A program made the translations under genes and the position numbers. Below, one piece after another: positions 22,091-34,798 of a stretch of 64,000 nt of DNA (positions within the stretch are counted from its first letter, which is position 1; every line of letters begins with the position of its first letter). The notes under the pieces are model-generated. The model worked only from the letters and a program-made list of their open reading frames with translations. It searched no databases and was not told where the DNA came from. Source of the stretch: Asterias rubens (Eukaryota); the NCBI RefSeq assembly GCF_902459465.1, contig NC_047065.1, positions 1,612,001 to 1,676,000 on the forward strand, written 5' to 3'.

Positions 22091-25000
22091 TCATAGAACG
22101 CTTTGCGTACGAGACTTGTGATGACTATGAGGGGGTGTGAGGACTCCTGGTACGTGGACTGGGCTGCAGTTCATGGGTTGCATAATATGCTCAAGTCTCT
22201 CTAACGCTTTATCCTGTCAAAATAATCCAAGAGAAATATTTCAAATGGAGGAATGCAACTCATCTTCAATACTACCTAACCTTAAGTAAAACATCAGAGG
22301 CTTTTAATTTGTTGTTTAAGTTTTTAACCATACACCGATGTTTACCAAGCACTGTTTTACCAAGTGCACTCCCCAAGTAATTTGTTCAAAATGTAAGTCC
22401 AACTTCTTGGCTTAATATTTAGTATGAAAAAGGACACATCTTAAAGGCCATTAAAACCTTTTTATGGCCACCAAGACCAGGGCAACAGAGACCTTAGACT
22501 GGGCCCCTGTCTTGTGGACTGCTCCTCAAATTCGAGCCCTGAGAGTCATTGGTGGTAAAGTAAGAGCACAGCACAACAAATTGGGAGTCAGACTAAGACC
22601 TGGGTCATACTTCCTACGAATGCAAAGCGAATTTTGACACTACAAATTCGCAACGGTTTAACTGCAACGGTTTAATTTCAAAAAGCCTGTAAGCACAAAA
22701 ATTCGCTTAGCATGAAATATTTTCCTTGATAAACACAGGATTACCAACCAAATTGTCAAGCGATTTTTAGGATAAGCAAACAACAGCTGAATACCAGTAT
22801 CAAGCAATATGCAACAAATGGAAATTTGGTTGGTAATCCTGTTTTAATCAAGAAAGAAATTTCATGCTAAGCAATTTTTTGTGCTTACAGGCTTTATGAA
22901 ATTGGGCCCAGGCTTTAGGGAGGAAGAACATCATGACTGTCATTAAGACAGAGCAACACTTACCAGTAGTTGAAGGTCGTTGGCATGGGTTTGTATGTTG
23001 TGGGCATCATCTGAAAATATATGTTTGAAGCCTCTTGGTTCAACGAGACCTGCCTCTCGTATCGTTATTGCAAATGCTGACATCCAATGAACACACGCTG
23101 CTATGTCGTCCAACTTCATGCCTACAGAAATAACAATCAGAAAGGTAGTAGTTAATATTCGTAGGACAGGTCTTTTAGACGTGAGAAGTCTCCCGCTTTC
23201 CGGAAAATCTACTCTGCACAGCAAGACAAGTTCTCAAAGGAACATAATCTATCTACCAAGAAGATATACACATGGTGTTACTGCAAACCAAATAAACAAA
23301 AATAAGAAACTTTGCACAATGGGAGTATAATCAGGTGAGGTTTGCGGTAACACCAGGGGCCAATTTCATAGAGCTGCTTAAGCAAAAATTTTGCTGAAGC
23401 ACAAAAGTAGCACGCTTATTTTACACATGTTACTGGCCAAAATGTCATGCCATATACATTGCTTGTGACTGGTATTTAGCTGTTGTTTACTTAGCATAAC
23501 AATTGAGTGGCGTCTTAGCCAGTAATCTGATTTTACTAAGCAAGGATTTTTTCGCTTAAGCAAAATTTTGTGCTTAAGCAGCTCTATGGAATTGGGCCCA
23601 TGTTTAAATCTCTTTTGAGTAGTGTTGGTTCTGAAAAGAACCGATGTTGAACTCAACCTCTTGATGAAGACGATCAGAGCAAACTGATCAAACGTTGAGT
23701 CGTCAACCACAGGTTCTTTTTAGAACCAACACTTCTCAAAAGAGATTTCTGCACATTTCACCTGAATAAGAAAGTAACTCTTTCTAACTCCTGCTATGTA
23801 TTTCTTTCCTTTATATTATACTGGCTTCAGAAATAAAAATGTATGGTTTTTTTTCCCCTTACCTGTAACTTCTAGCACAAGTTCTTGTGACGTCATATGG
23901 TAAAGGGCTGAGGCTGCTACAACACTATATGGGAACTGTAGACATCCAATATCTAATATACAAAGATCCAGGAGCTGTGGAGAGCAAATCAAAGAATTTA
24001 TGAAAACACAGAAAAGAAGACAAATAAAAAACAGGCCTAGAAATTACTTGGAGGGCATGGCTTCTGTTGCCCCCGTTCTAGGCCTCTGCCACCCCTTGGT
24101 CTTGGCCTTGGTGCCCTTTTAAACAATTTCCATAGACTTTAAGATTTTGCAAAGGAAGAGCCCTCTGTAAAATGAAAATGGCCCGGATTCACACTAGAAA
24201 CACTGTTTAGACTGTTTGCAATTTGAGGGACCTTGTAAAAACATGCATTTGAAATGGAGTCACGTCAAAATACTTGCATTTTCAAATACAAGCGCTGATT
24301 TTTATTTATAAACAAGCATGCACGTTAAGTAGTCATTCTTGGAAGCCAATCAGCCTTGTTTTGTCAGACCATCCCTCCCAAGAGATAAGTGGTGAAAGGC
24401 ATCGATACAACGCACTGCCCATGTTAGTGAGAGGCATCGATACAATGCATTGCCCATGTTAGTGAGAGGCATCGATACAATGCGCTGCCCATGTTAGTGA
24501 GAGGCATCGATACAATGCACTGCCCATGTTAGTGAGAGGCAGCGACACAATGCACTGCCCATGTTAGTGAGAGGCATCGATACAATGCACTGCCCATGTT
24601 AGTGAGAGGCATCGACACAATGCACTGCCCATGTTAGTGAGAGGCATCGACACAATGCACTGCCCATGTTAGTGAGAGGCATCGACACAATGCACTGCCC
24701 ATGTTAGTGAGAGGCATCGACACAATGCGCTGCCCATGTTAGTGAGAGGCATCGATACAATGCACTGCCCATGTTAGTGAGAGGCAGCGACACAATGCAC
24801 TGCCCATGTTAGTGAGAGGCATCGATACAATGCACTGCCCATGTTAGTGAGAGGCATCGACACAATGCGCTGCCCGTGTTAGTGAGAGGCATCGATACAA
24901 TGCACTGCCCATGTTAGTGAGAGGCATCGACACAATGCACTGCCCCTGTTAGTGAGAGGCATCGATACAATGCACTGCCCATGTTAGTGAGAGGCATCGA

Positions 25001-28000
25001 CACAATGCGCTGCCCATGTTAGTGAGAGGCATCGACACAATGCGCTGCCCATGTTAGTGAGAGGCATCGATACAATGCACTGCCCGTGGTAGTGAGAGGC
25101 ATCGATACAATGCGCTGCCCATGTTAGTGAGAGGCATCGACACAATGCGCTGCCCGTGGTAACAAGGCTGGTTCTGGGACTCACCTGAGCAATATTTACA
25201 AACTGATGACCTGAGTATTCTGGTAGAAGGAAGTTGTGGTTGCTATGTACAGTGTGGTTTCCTTTACTTAGCTGAAGGTAGATATTCAGCCATGTATTCA
25301 CTGTTACTGGTGAGAGGTCCCACTTCAACGCCTGCAAACAAATACAACACAGTTGAAGGTTTTAAAATTGGAAACAGAAAAATGCACTGAATGAAAAAAA
25401 AACTCTCCAAGATTGTTAACCTTATGTCTTAGCAGCGGGTACAATCAATCAATCAACCGCACCAAACCGCGCCGAACTCCTGTGTCCACGCCCTACATAC
25501 AGCCTCACGTCACATGTGGTCGATTTCGCTACGCCGGCCAAGTTGTTGGGCCCAGGATGATCGTGGGCGGCCTCTAGGACTCTTCCAGCCAGGAGCTGGT
25601 GCTAGGCCTCCCCTGGAGTTGATAGTGATGCTCAGGGCCTTTTTAGCTGGAATGTTGTCAGCCAGGCGAGCAACATGACAGAAGGCGGCGGAGCGGCGGC
25701 AGTGAATTAGTTGGTTGATGTGAACATATCATGTCCTATCTCAGCCTCTTTTACACTTACGTCCCGTTAAAGGCAAAACAGCTTATCTCTGTACTACTTG
25801 CTTTTCTCAAAATGTAATTTTGTGAGTTAGGCCGTTGAAAGGGCCATGAAAGCGCCGACCACAATGCCAAATATTTGAGCTTTTTTTTTCTTACCTTAAG
25901 AATGATAAGTTCTTGTTTGAGTATTTCTTGATCTGTGCTAGCACCGTCTGTGACATAGGAAAAATCATGAAGCTTTGGAGGATATATTTCCTGTTGAAGA
26001 AAAGAAATTTAAATATTTATTTATTTATGAATATGAAGAAAGGGATCCCTAAAAGCGACTGTGTTGTGATCCGTAGACCTGAAGAAACACGTGTAGAGAC
26101 GGTGTAGGGAAATGTCAGTTTTAGACGTGGGGGGATAACCCCAAGTTATAGGGAAACCCATGCAATCAGGTAGGGACTGAACACCCCAATCCACATGCAA
26201 GGCTCAAGTCCAATGGTGGATTCGAACCAGGTTAATGAGATTGTAAAAGCAATTAAATTTTTTGTGTCAGGCCTAAATTACAAGAGACACCCTAGCGGAG
26301 AAAACTTACTTCTAGTTTAGCTGCAATGAACAACGCCGTAATCCCGATCAGCTGCAGTTGACTCTTTGGTAAATTGTTTACTTTTGCGAGATATCTATCG
26401 ATGAAGTCTGTCGCTAAGTAGAATGTCTCTCGGTGTAACCGGTAAACCTCACAGACCTGATGAGAAAAAACAATCAATCGGTCAATAAGTTATTGTTCAA
26501 TTGAAAGTGTTTTGTTATGACCCCTTGTTGCTAAAATGTGCCACTCAAACTTGCTCCAAGATTATTGTGATGATGATGACATCAAGTGAATTGGGCAAGC
26601 ACAATACATTTTTACAGCATATTTTTTCCATGACTTAAAAGTTTGAATGATCTTTAAGACAGAATTGTTACCCAAGACATCTCTCTACTCACTTCAATTA
26701 ACCAGTCTAGAAGAATTGCCCTCATTCGTTTCTCAAGGCTCGGATGGCTGTCCAAGCACCTTGTATTGTGAACATAGTTGGATTCTTTCTCCAACATGAT
26801 TCGCCATACTTCCTTCGAATCTGCCCAGTTCAACATCGGCAAGGGAGACCTCCTGTCGGCAAAGGGAGTAGGGAAGAGGTTCTTGAAGCGGAACTTTGAG
26901 CCAGATTCTAAGAGCTGTTCGGAAGGGGTCGTCGGTTCTTGGTGTGGCGTGGGGACAAGGGAAGACGTTTCAAAACCACCTGACTCCGAAATTGGAACCC
27001 AACAGTTCTGTGGAAAAAGAAGATTTAGTTTCTAGTTTAAGTAGTCAGAATTTGGATAGCTGTTACAATTTTTTACACAAAATGTCATTATTCCTATAAG
27101 CCATAATAATCAAAGATTCTAGTGCGCCATGATGTCTGTCAAGAATGGCAATCTTGGTGCAAAATCAAGAACTCTGTTATCCACAAAAGACCAACGCTAT
27201 GATTTCCGAAATAGATAGATTTTGAGATGCGTTTTAGAACAAGTATCTGCTTGTCTAAGTTGAAGTTGGAGGCTGTTCCAAAGAGATGAACCAGCAAGTC
27301 ACGTGAAGAAAACCCACAAAAAACTTGACTATTGCAGAGTTCTTGGAGTTCAGGTTATCTTAAAAACAAAGATTTTTGCTGCAAGTACGAAACTGTTATT
27401 CTTATCACATAGTCAAAATTGCTGAAGTTATAGGCAAGGCCAAACAATTTTTTTAAAATACATCTGAAGCCCCCTTTTTAATCAGCAATGGTCAAATTGC
27501 CACTGAAGAATCGTACAAATCTGCCACATGAATGTATCTCATCTATCGTAGGCATGTTCTATCATGTTCCTGTGAACATTGAACTTTCAAAAACCTTTGG
27601 TAAACACAGTAACAACATACCACCATTTCCTGCAGTTACATGTCTCCATGTTTACTCAGTAAGCTGTAAACATAAAGGCAACTACAATCTCCCACATAGG
27701 GTGGGCCTGTGAAAAGCACTTGTGTTGGCATTGTGTTATTAACAATACAGGTAAAGTTCAACTAAGAAATGTGTGGTTATGTCACTGAATAATTAATGCA
27801 TACCCGAAGCAAAGTAGATTAAAGATTTGGTTTTTACTTAAGATGGGAGGGCGTGTAAGAAACAGCCCATTTGACATGTTGGTCCCTTGAATGAGGAAAA
27901 TTGGATTTCAGATGTCATTTAGAGTGTCAAAAGGATGATAAGTGTTTTTTTTATGTTGTACTTCTTTCTTCCATCAAATTTTTAATAATTTGTTTTTCAG

Positions 28001-29333
28001 CTAAACACCTTATTTTAAAACCCTTTAGAGACCATTTAATTTCTGTAAAATCATCACAAAATGCCCAGCCATATAAAATATTGTTCATTATTGTTTTAAA
28101 ATCAAATTTTGTCAGTAAAACTGTCAAGAGAAATAACATGAAAACAAAAGATTAAGTATGTTTGTGTTAAGAAATTATTGTTTTCTAACTAAAAATATAA
28201 TTATAATAAAAATAAATTAAAAAAAACATTTTCAAGTGAATGTTTTTTGTAAAGCAGTACAAAAATAATAATTGGGCATTTTTTTTTTTAATGCTACAAT
28301 TTGATTTTTACAAATACATTTGTATGACGAAAAAAAATTAACAGGTGTTTTTTCCGCTTTTAGTGGGGCTAGTGAAATACTTTTTAAAAAAAATTAATCA
28401 CGAAATTCAATTTGAAGACATCACAAATTTAAACTTTTAAAAACAATGTATTTTTACATTTTATTTTTTTAACATGGGCAAATTTTGCTTCAACATTTTT
28501 TAGAAATTTGCAAATGATTGATTTAAATGATATGGAATAGTTCCATTAAATTTCATTTAGTTTCGTTTTTATCATAATTCTTTACAATTTTGCCAAAAAT
28601 AAAAAGTACACAAACAGTCAAGGGCAGGCGATCCCAACCAACCCGCGAAATGATCTGGGACCCCCTCAACAAAACGCAGCCGGCAAAATCCCACACACAC
28701 CATCAATCAACTGAAAATCACACTAAAAAGGGATGAAAACTTACTTGAATTTGAAATTGTTGCCTTCTTCTTTGAATTTCTGCAGAATGTAGCTCTTCAT
28801 CCTGTAAGAAAATGGTAGAAATTTAGTGACAAATGGCGGGAATGTTTGGGGGTGAACTAAGAGTGACCTTAGAATTTTCACAAAGACCCATGATCCCCGG
28901 GAAATCAATAAAGCCCCCTCCACTGGTCCACGTACAAATTCCGATGGACGTTTGTGTACAAAACCATACAAAACATACCGGCGTATTTCTACACACATCA
29001 ACTGATCAACTGCACTGGGTGTCGAACTGAGAAATTAACTCACCAAATCATCGTCTCTTTCTTTTCTTTTTCTCGAACAAATGACAAATTCATCTTCATC
29101 GGTGTCAGGCAGACTTCTGTCATGTCTACTCTGCAACCGCTGACTAAAATTGGAGGTGAACAAAAAAGAGAAATTTCAGCTTGAAAACTAGGTCCTAACG
29201 TTACATGGTACGAATCGAAAACTTTGGAAAAGCAAAGTTGTTCATGTCAATTTCACACGTAAATAATCAAAAATCATTAAAAAATACTGGTTTAACTACA
29301 TTTTTAGCAAAACTCTTACCTTCTTCTCGACAT
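22091..29333 (-). CDS. CCNE: G1/S-specific cyclin E, 10 coding exons, 422 aa
   Basis: Exons (minus): 29320-29333 (MSRRS), 29044-29143, 28745-28801, 26693-27007, 26310-26456, 25895-25990, 25185-25331, 23863-23974, 22964-23121, 22091-22213; total 1269 nt. Cyclin box [34 protein letters not shown]...[23 protein letters not shown], the cyclin E motifs [15 protein letters not shown] and DAHNIQTH, and the C-terminal FBXW7 phosphodegron VLTPPHS (human LLTPPQS). Confidence 0.97.
24389..25160. repeat. 35-bp minisatellite, 22 copies, in a cyclin E intron
   Basis: Unit AGGCATCGA(T/C)ACAATGC(A/G)CTGCCCATGTTAGTGAG recurs every 35 bp from 24397 to 25132 with no indels; differences are substitutions only. 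Confidence 0.97.
25442..25712 (-). mobile_element. 5'-truncated RTE-clade LINE 3' fragment in a cyclin E intron
   Basis: The minus frame reads [22 protein letters not shown]...[16 protein letters not shown], matching the RTE ORF2 C-terminal pattern GHVARM..PAK.AL..GWKRPRGRPR..W. It is followed by a (GATT)n tail. Confidence 0.7.
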
Positions 29334-29976
29334 ATCCCCCTGAACCCGATGTTCTCACTTCGCTGTCAACTGTTGAACAAAAATCAGGAAAAAATGCAGA
29401 TTTTCAAAACCCCTTCGTCAGACTTTTGAGAGTTACGAACGGTGGGTTTTGCTCGACCCTTTGTACTCCCAACTTGGACCGTTCAAAGTAAATTACAAAG
29501 CTGGAATTTGTTCACCTTTAATTGTTACCAATACGTACAATTTTTTTATATTTCGTGGATGACACCATAAAATATCAAGTACCTTAAGGAAAACCATTAA
29601 AGGCTGTGCGAACCAAGTGAAAAAAGACACGAAAGTGCAACTTACTTTTGGGCCAGCTGGATGAAGTTATCCAAAAATAGAGTGACAAAGGCCGAGTCAA
29701 ATCACGTAGCGACCAGCTCGAATCCAATGCCTAAATGTCCGAACCAAATCTCACATAGATCTGAAACTCCACCAGTCCTTAAAGTAGTCAAGTTTATTCC
29801 TCCTCGACAAATTTTAGCAAAATTCACCAAGAAGGAGCAAAATTATAGCAAATTTTATGGACCGGCTCTGTTACCCCAACCACTGAACGATCTTCTCCCT
29901 GGAATGAAACCCCGCCAAACTGGACGCATCGACAGTGCGCGCAGAGGGAATGCCGTCCGACGAAGGTGGCGTATTT

Positions 29977-30201
29977 TTTGCCGCGAAAAACTTCGCGCCG
30001 GGTTTAAAACTCTTGTCAAATACTCAATTATTTCATATAAAAGAGTAAAATAGTTGACATTCAAAACATTTATTCTGTAAATGAATAATTTCTTATCCTA
30101 AAAATATATGATTCTCCCAAAAGTTACGCCTTTTACAGATTTTTTTTCACACACAGAATCCACTGCCTGGGAAAACTGAGTTTGTGTTTCGACGCGGGAA
30201 A
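29977..30201. promoter_or_regulatory. Cluster of E2F-type sites in the CCNE/BtpA divergent promoter
   Basis: TTTGCCGCGAAA (29977-29988, overlapping sites on both strands), TTCGCGCC (29992-29999) and GCGGGAAA (30194-30201). Further E2F-like sites lie in CCNE 5' introns (28643-28650, 28835-28842), and there is a CCAAT box at 30398-30403. Cyclin E is an established E2F target. Confidence 0.6.
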
Positions 30202-31138
30202 ATTAAGCACATATCTGCTTGTTTTAGATATTTTTGAAGGATACTGAAGTAATTTTTTTGTCCAAAAAGAAGACTAAATACTTGTTGTTATTACTGTAAT
30301 GAAATCTTACTGTTGTTTTTCACTTTCTGGCAATAAGTTTATACAAAAACTTTAGTTTAAGTTTGGACGTCTGCTGATATTCTGAAACGAAGTCCGTGAT
30401 TGGTCCATTCTGTACTTCCGCATTCATGGTTTGTTTACATGCTTGCCTGAAGACTTCATTCAAGTCAATGCACAACAAGTGGCACACGTGCGGTGAAGCT
30501 GTCGTGCAATATGTAGGCTCTGCAATTTAGTCCCAAATTCAGGTAAAATTAATCGGTTTAATCAATTTAATTGTAATATTGGGTACTTGAGGGTTTGTTT
30601 TTAACCAGTGTTGATGTAAGAGAGACGTTTGAATGATATAAACATGGTTATTTTATTGTAAAAAAACGTGTGTTTTTATGGCAATATGGCGAGTTTACAT
30701 ACATGATGTGTGCTGTGTGCGTGTACATTGGTAAACAGTTCAGTTTGGTTGTACAACAATTTGGTGTACAATAATTTGGGTGTACATTCTTCTGTAGGGA
30801 AGTTCAGTTTTACTAAGTAAAAACAGAATGAAGATGTTGCTGTCATATATTAAGGAATTTTGCAGACAGTCAGGAGGATGGAGGGTTTTGATTATCGCAG
30901 CTAAAATTTACCCAGTTATGACTAGTCACTAGTTTTTGTCAAAACAATTGAAACGATGATGGTTGGATGTTAAACATTTCTGTTACAGTAAATGATATCA
31001 TAATTCACTGTTGTTATCTCGGGTATGGGTCTTACATAATGACACTAACACTAACAGCATGTTTTTCTTATTGTTTCCAGAAATTCTGAATAAGTAGTCC
31101 TTAAGTTTTTGACAGTTGATTGGCAAACAATCAGAATT

Positions 31139-34100
31139 ATGGCAAAGAATGCGTTGAGCATGTTCTGTCAGCTGTTTGGCCGAAACAACAGTGCCATTGT
31201 CGGAATGATACATGTCAAAGCTCTACCAGGTAGGTAAAAAAAAAGAAAAACAAAAGTATGCATGAAATAACTCTCAATTTCTTTGTTGTAATTTGGTTAA
31301 ATTTAATCAAAATGTTAAAAAGGAAGTAGGTGAACTCTATAAACCCAAACAAACTCTCATGACTCATAGGTGAACCCTAACCCAAACCGAACTCGTACCC
31401 ATTTGAGGGCGCCAAGTCATTTTCTTCTTGGTAAAGGTCATCCTACGAGGAAATTGTAAATTTCTTTTGGAGCATTTCATTTTCTAGGGCACCAAGGCAG
31501 TGACAAGGGGGCATCGCGGGAATCGACTTTGTTGCCTTGGTTAAGTATTAGGCCTGAGTTTCTCTGTGGTTTGTAAGAGTTTTACTTTTATGAATGATTT
31601 GTTTTCCCTAAAGGAATGTTACAGAATTAGTAAGAAACTAAAATCGTGAAGATCACAGATTTACATAAAACTTACATGTTGTAATGATGATGATAGTAGA
31701 AAACATCCCTTAAAATATTTCTGTCTGAAATTTCACATTTGATGAGAAAAAAAAAAATCTAATTTCGATTTGGAGTTTATCGCTCAGTGAGCGTTTTGTT
31801 CATTTTTGTATTAGCATCGATTCAATGCAAAATTTGTAATCGGTTTTTCACTATTTTCTCGTGACCCAGATGGCCTATCGATCTCAAACTTCTACAGGTT
31901 TGTCAGTTCATGTGTATATTGGATTACATAAAGTGCTTTACATTGCCGGAAACTTTTTTGCTAGCAAAAACCAACTCCGTAATGTTCCTTTAAACCCAGG
32001 CAGTCCGAGGAATACTCTTGCCATGAGGGATATTATTCAGAGAGCTTGTAAAGAGGCAGAAGGCTACAAAGATTCAGGTGTGGTATGTACGAGTTCAATC
32101 GGGCTTTGTTTTATTCTTCAAAATTCTCATTTTGCAAATTTAACTCCTTTGAAAATTTGTGTCAACAAGATCCTCTTTTGTGTTGAGTTTGTGTTCTCTC
32201 CTATGAAACTTGTTTGCACAAAGTATTGTGTTTTTATCGCTAATATAAAGAATTTAAACAATCATGTTACAGTCGGTTTCTAGCAAAATAGTTTAAATTT
32301 TTTTTCAGTAAGTTTGCTCGATTTCACAAAGCACCATGATTTAACTTTCGATTATACTTTTTTTAATCGACTGTTATCATCATTGTAATGGTCTGCGTGC
32401 ATTAATATTTGTTACACCCAAAGTTCTCGTGTGCTTTCCATAGGATTCTATAATGATAGAAAACATGCACGACGTCCCCTATCTTCCAGCTGAGCGTATG
32501 GGGACAGAAATCACAGCGAGTATGACAGCAGTAGCTTGCAAAGTCCGAGAGATATGTCCGAGCATTCCTTGTGGTGTTCAGATCTTGTCTGGTGGTAACA
32601 AGGAAGCATTATCAGTAGCACAAGCAGCAGGTTTGTTGAATCTCTATATCCTATATCACTCTTGATTAAAGACACTGGACACTATTGGTAATTACTCAAA
32701 ATAATAATTGTTAGCATAAAACCTTACTTGGTAATGAGTAATGGAGAGCTGTTGATAGTATAACACATTGTGAGAACTGGCTCCCTCTGAAGTAACGTAG
32801 TTTTCAAGAAAGAAGTAATTTTCAAAGAATTTGATTTCGAGACCTCAGAATAAGATTTTGAGGTCTCGAAATCTGGACACTAAGCAATGGCTCCCAGAGG
32901 AGCTGTTGGTTTTTCTTGAAGTTTTGAAATAGTTACTTCTTATTTTGTTTTGCTAAAGACCAGAGTTTTAAGTTTTTGATTATCATAATGGAAAATATTC
33001 CAAATCTGACTGCTACAATAACTCTAGTCATTATTGCCTCTATTAATATTCATGCATGACGCCATAATTCTTACCCAAAATGAGGCTGTAGGTGCACATC
33101 TGCCACCACTTTCAGTGGCTGCGCCTATGGCCTCGTTTTGGGTTAGAATTGTGACATACTCATGGATAAATATTGAGAGAGGTGTATGACCCTAAAACAG
33201 CTTTATCTTGGTTGAAATACAATGCTATTTTTTTTTTTGAAATTAATGAAGATGTGGCTGTTATATTGGAATCTTTCTTTTACCGACACCCATTTGTTCC
33301 AATTTATACTGTACCTCGGGGCCTGTGGCCCTAAGTAACATTCAAGCCCTGTTTCTTATTTAAATTCCTGAAGTATTTGAAGACAGTCTTTGATGAAGTT
33401 GATGTAATTATCCCTTAGGATTTGATTTCATCAGGGCTGAAGGTTTTGTCTTTGCCCATGTTGGTGATGAGGGTCTGATGAACTCCTGTGCTGGAGATCT
33501 GTTGAGATACAGGAAACAAATCGGAGCTGACAATATCAAGATCTTCACAGACATCAAGAAGAAGCATTGGTGTGTAGATATCAATCTTAAATCTATAAGT
33601 CTTAGGGTCATGTCACCTGACGAGGCAATTCACAGGCAACCAGTTCCAGGCAATCTTCAAGAAGAGAATCGGTTCACATTTGAATGATCTCATAATTTTC
33701 TAGGGGATTGTAAGTTATGGTTACTTGTGTGCTACAGAAGTGGTCCGCAAGCATGCACTGCAGTTCATGTTCTCTCATCTGTAGCTGGTTGTCCTTGTTT
33801 TCTTGTCTCCTTTTCAGGGCTTGAATCCTTGAAGGGAAAGTATCCATTGGTTTTTGGAACCGTTTAATTGTTTGAATCCTACATCAATGTAGATTCTAAC
33901 AATAAGAATAACCTGCGAAAATTTCATTTCAAAAGGTTGTATTTTTCAGATATTGCCAAAAATCTAGAATGTCCATGCAGGAAGAATAATGCGTTAATGG
34001 AATATACAATCTTAGAGACGCTAACGGTCTCAGATTCAAATTTTGGGGGATGAGGCAAATCAATCGAGATGGATTCGAACCCACCTTTGCATTGCTAGAG

Positions 34101-34798
34101 CAGACTTGATGTTACCAATGGTGTACCTTCTCCTGAACTCTCTAACTAGTTCATATAGTAAGAGGTTTAGGCCAGACATTCTCATTGTACTTTCCGATTG
34201 TTTGACAGCTCCCACGCCATCACGTCAGACGTTAGTATTGCAGACACTGCAGAGGCTGCTGAATTCTTTGGCAGTGATGGAGTCATTGTAACAGGGAGTG
34301 CAACAGGAAAAGCTGCCAGTCAACAAGAAATCTCTGGTTAGTTTAATCCTTCTGCGGATATCAAAAGTTTACAGAGCTTGGCTTCATCAACAATGGGCTA
34401 AAAAAAGAGTAGAAGGGACACAACGACCAGAAGACTTCATTTGAATTTGTTTCCACAGTAAATTCTCCCAAACATTCAGTTTTTACATCCTTTTAAGATT
34501 GTCTGCAGCCATCAAAGATTTTCAGCAAAGATTTTGACCCAGTTGAAGTGAACTCAACATCGTTAATGTGTAACTTGCAATTTAATTCATTCCAGATGTC
34601 CAGAAATCAGTGAGCATACCCGTCTTGGTCGGGTCAGGAGTTACCACGGACAATGTTCAGCATTACCTAGCTGCAAACGCCCTCATTGTTGGGTCTCACT
34701 TCAAGGAAAACAACCTATGGCACTTTGACCCTGACTTTGGTAAAGTGCAACGGTTCATGGACAAGGTGAAACATCTTCGAGACGGCGGGACAACGTAA
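31139..34798 (+). CDS. BtpA/SgcQ-family TIM-barrel protein (F13E9.13-like), 6 coding exons, 280 aa
   Basis: Exons: 31139-31229, 32000-32082, 32444-32630, 33419-33569, 34209-34336, 34596-34798; total 843 nt, phases join. Family motifs IVGMIHVKALPGSP, IMIENMHDVPY, CGVQIL, FIRAEGFVFAHVGDEG, IFTDIKKKHCSHAIT, AEFFGSDGVIVTGSATG, PVLVGSGVT, ALIVGSHFK. A probable non-coding first exon ends at the donor near 30543. Confidence 0.92.
31612..31989. mobile_element. Kolobok/T2-like MITE in BtpA intron (related partial copy at about 3367-3580, opposite orientation)
   Basis: Imperfect TIR AGGAATGTTACAGAATTAG / CCAACTCCGTAATGTTCCT, flanked by CTAA and TTAA. Confidence 0.65.

Noticed and set aside
24389-25160. 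35-bp repeats as a CRISPR array
   Set aside because: The units are directly adjacent with no unique spacers, there are no cas genes, and the context is a eukaryotic intron. It is a minisatellite.
24984-25337. 117-aa ORF with a repetitive Cys/His-rich tail
   Set aside because: It is cyclin E exon 25185-25331 read through its GTGAG donor into the minisatellite.
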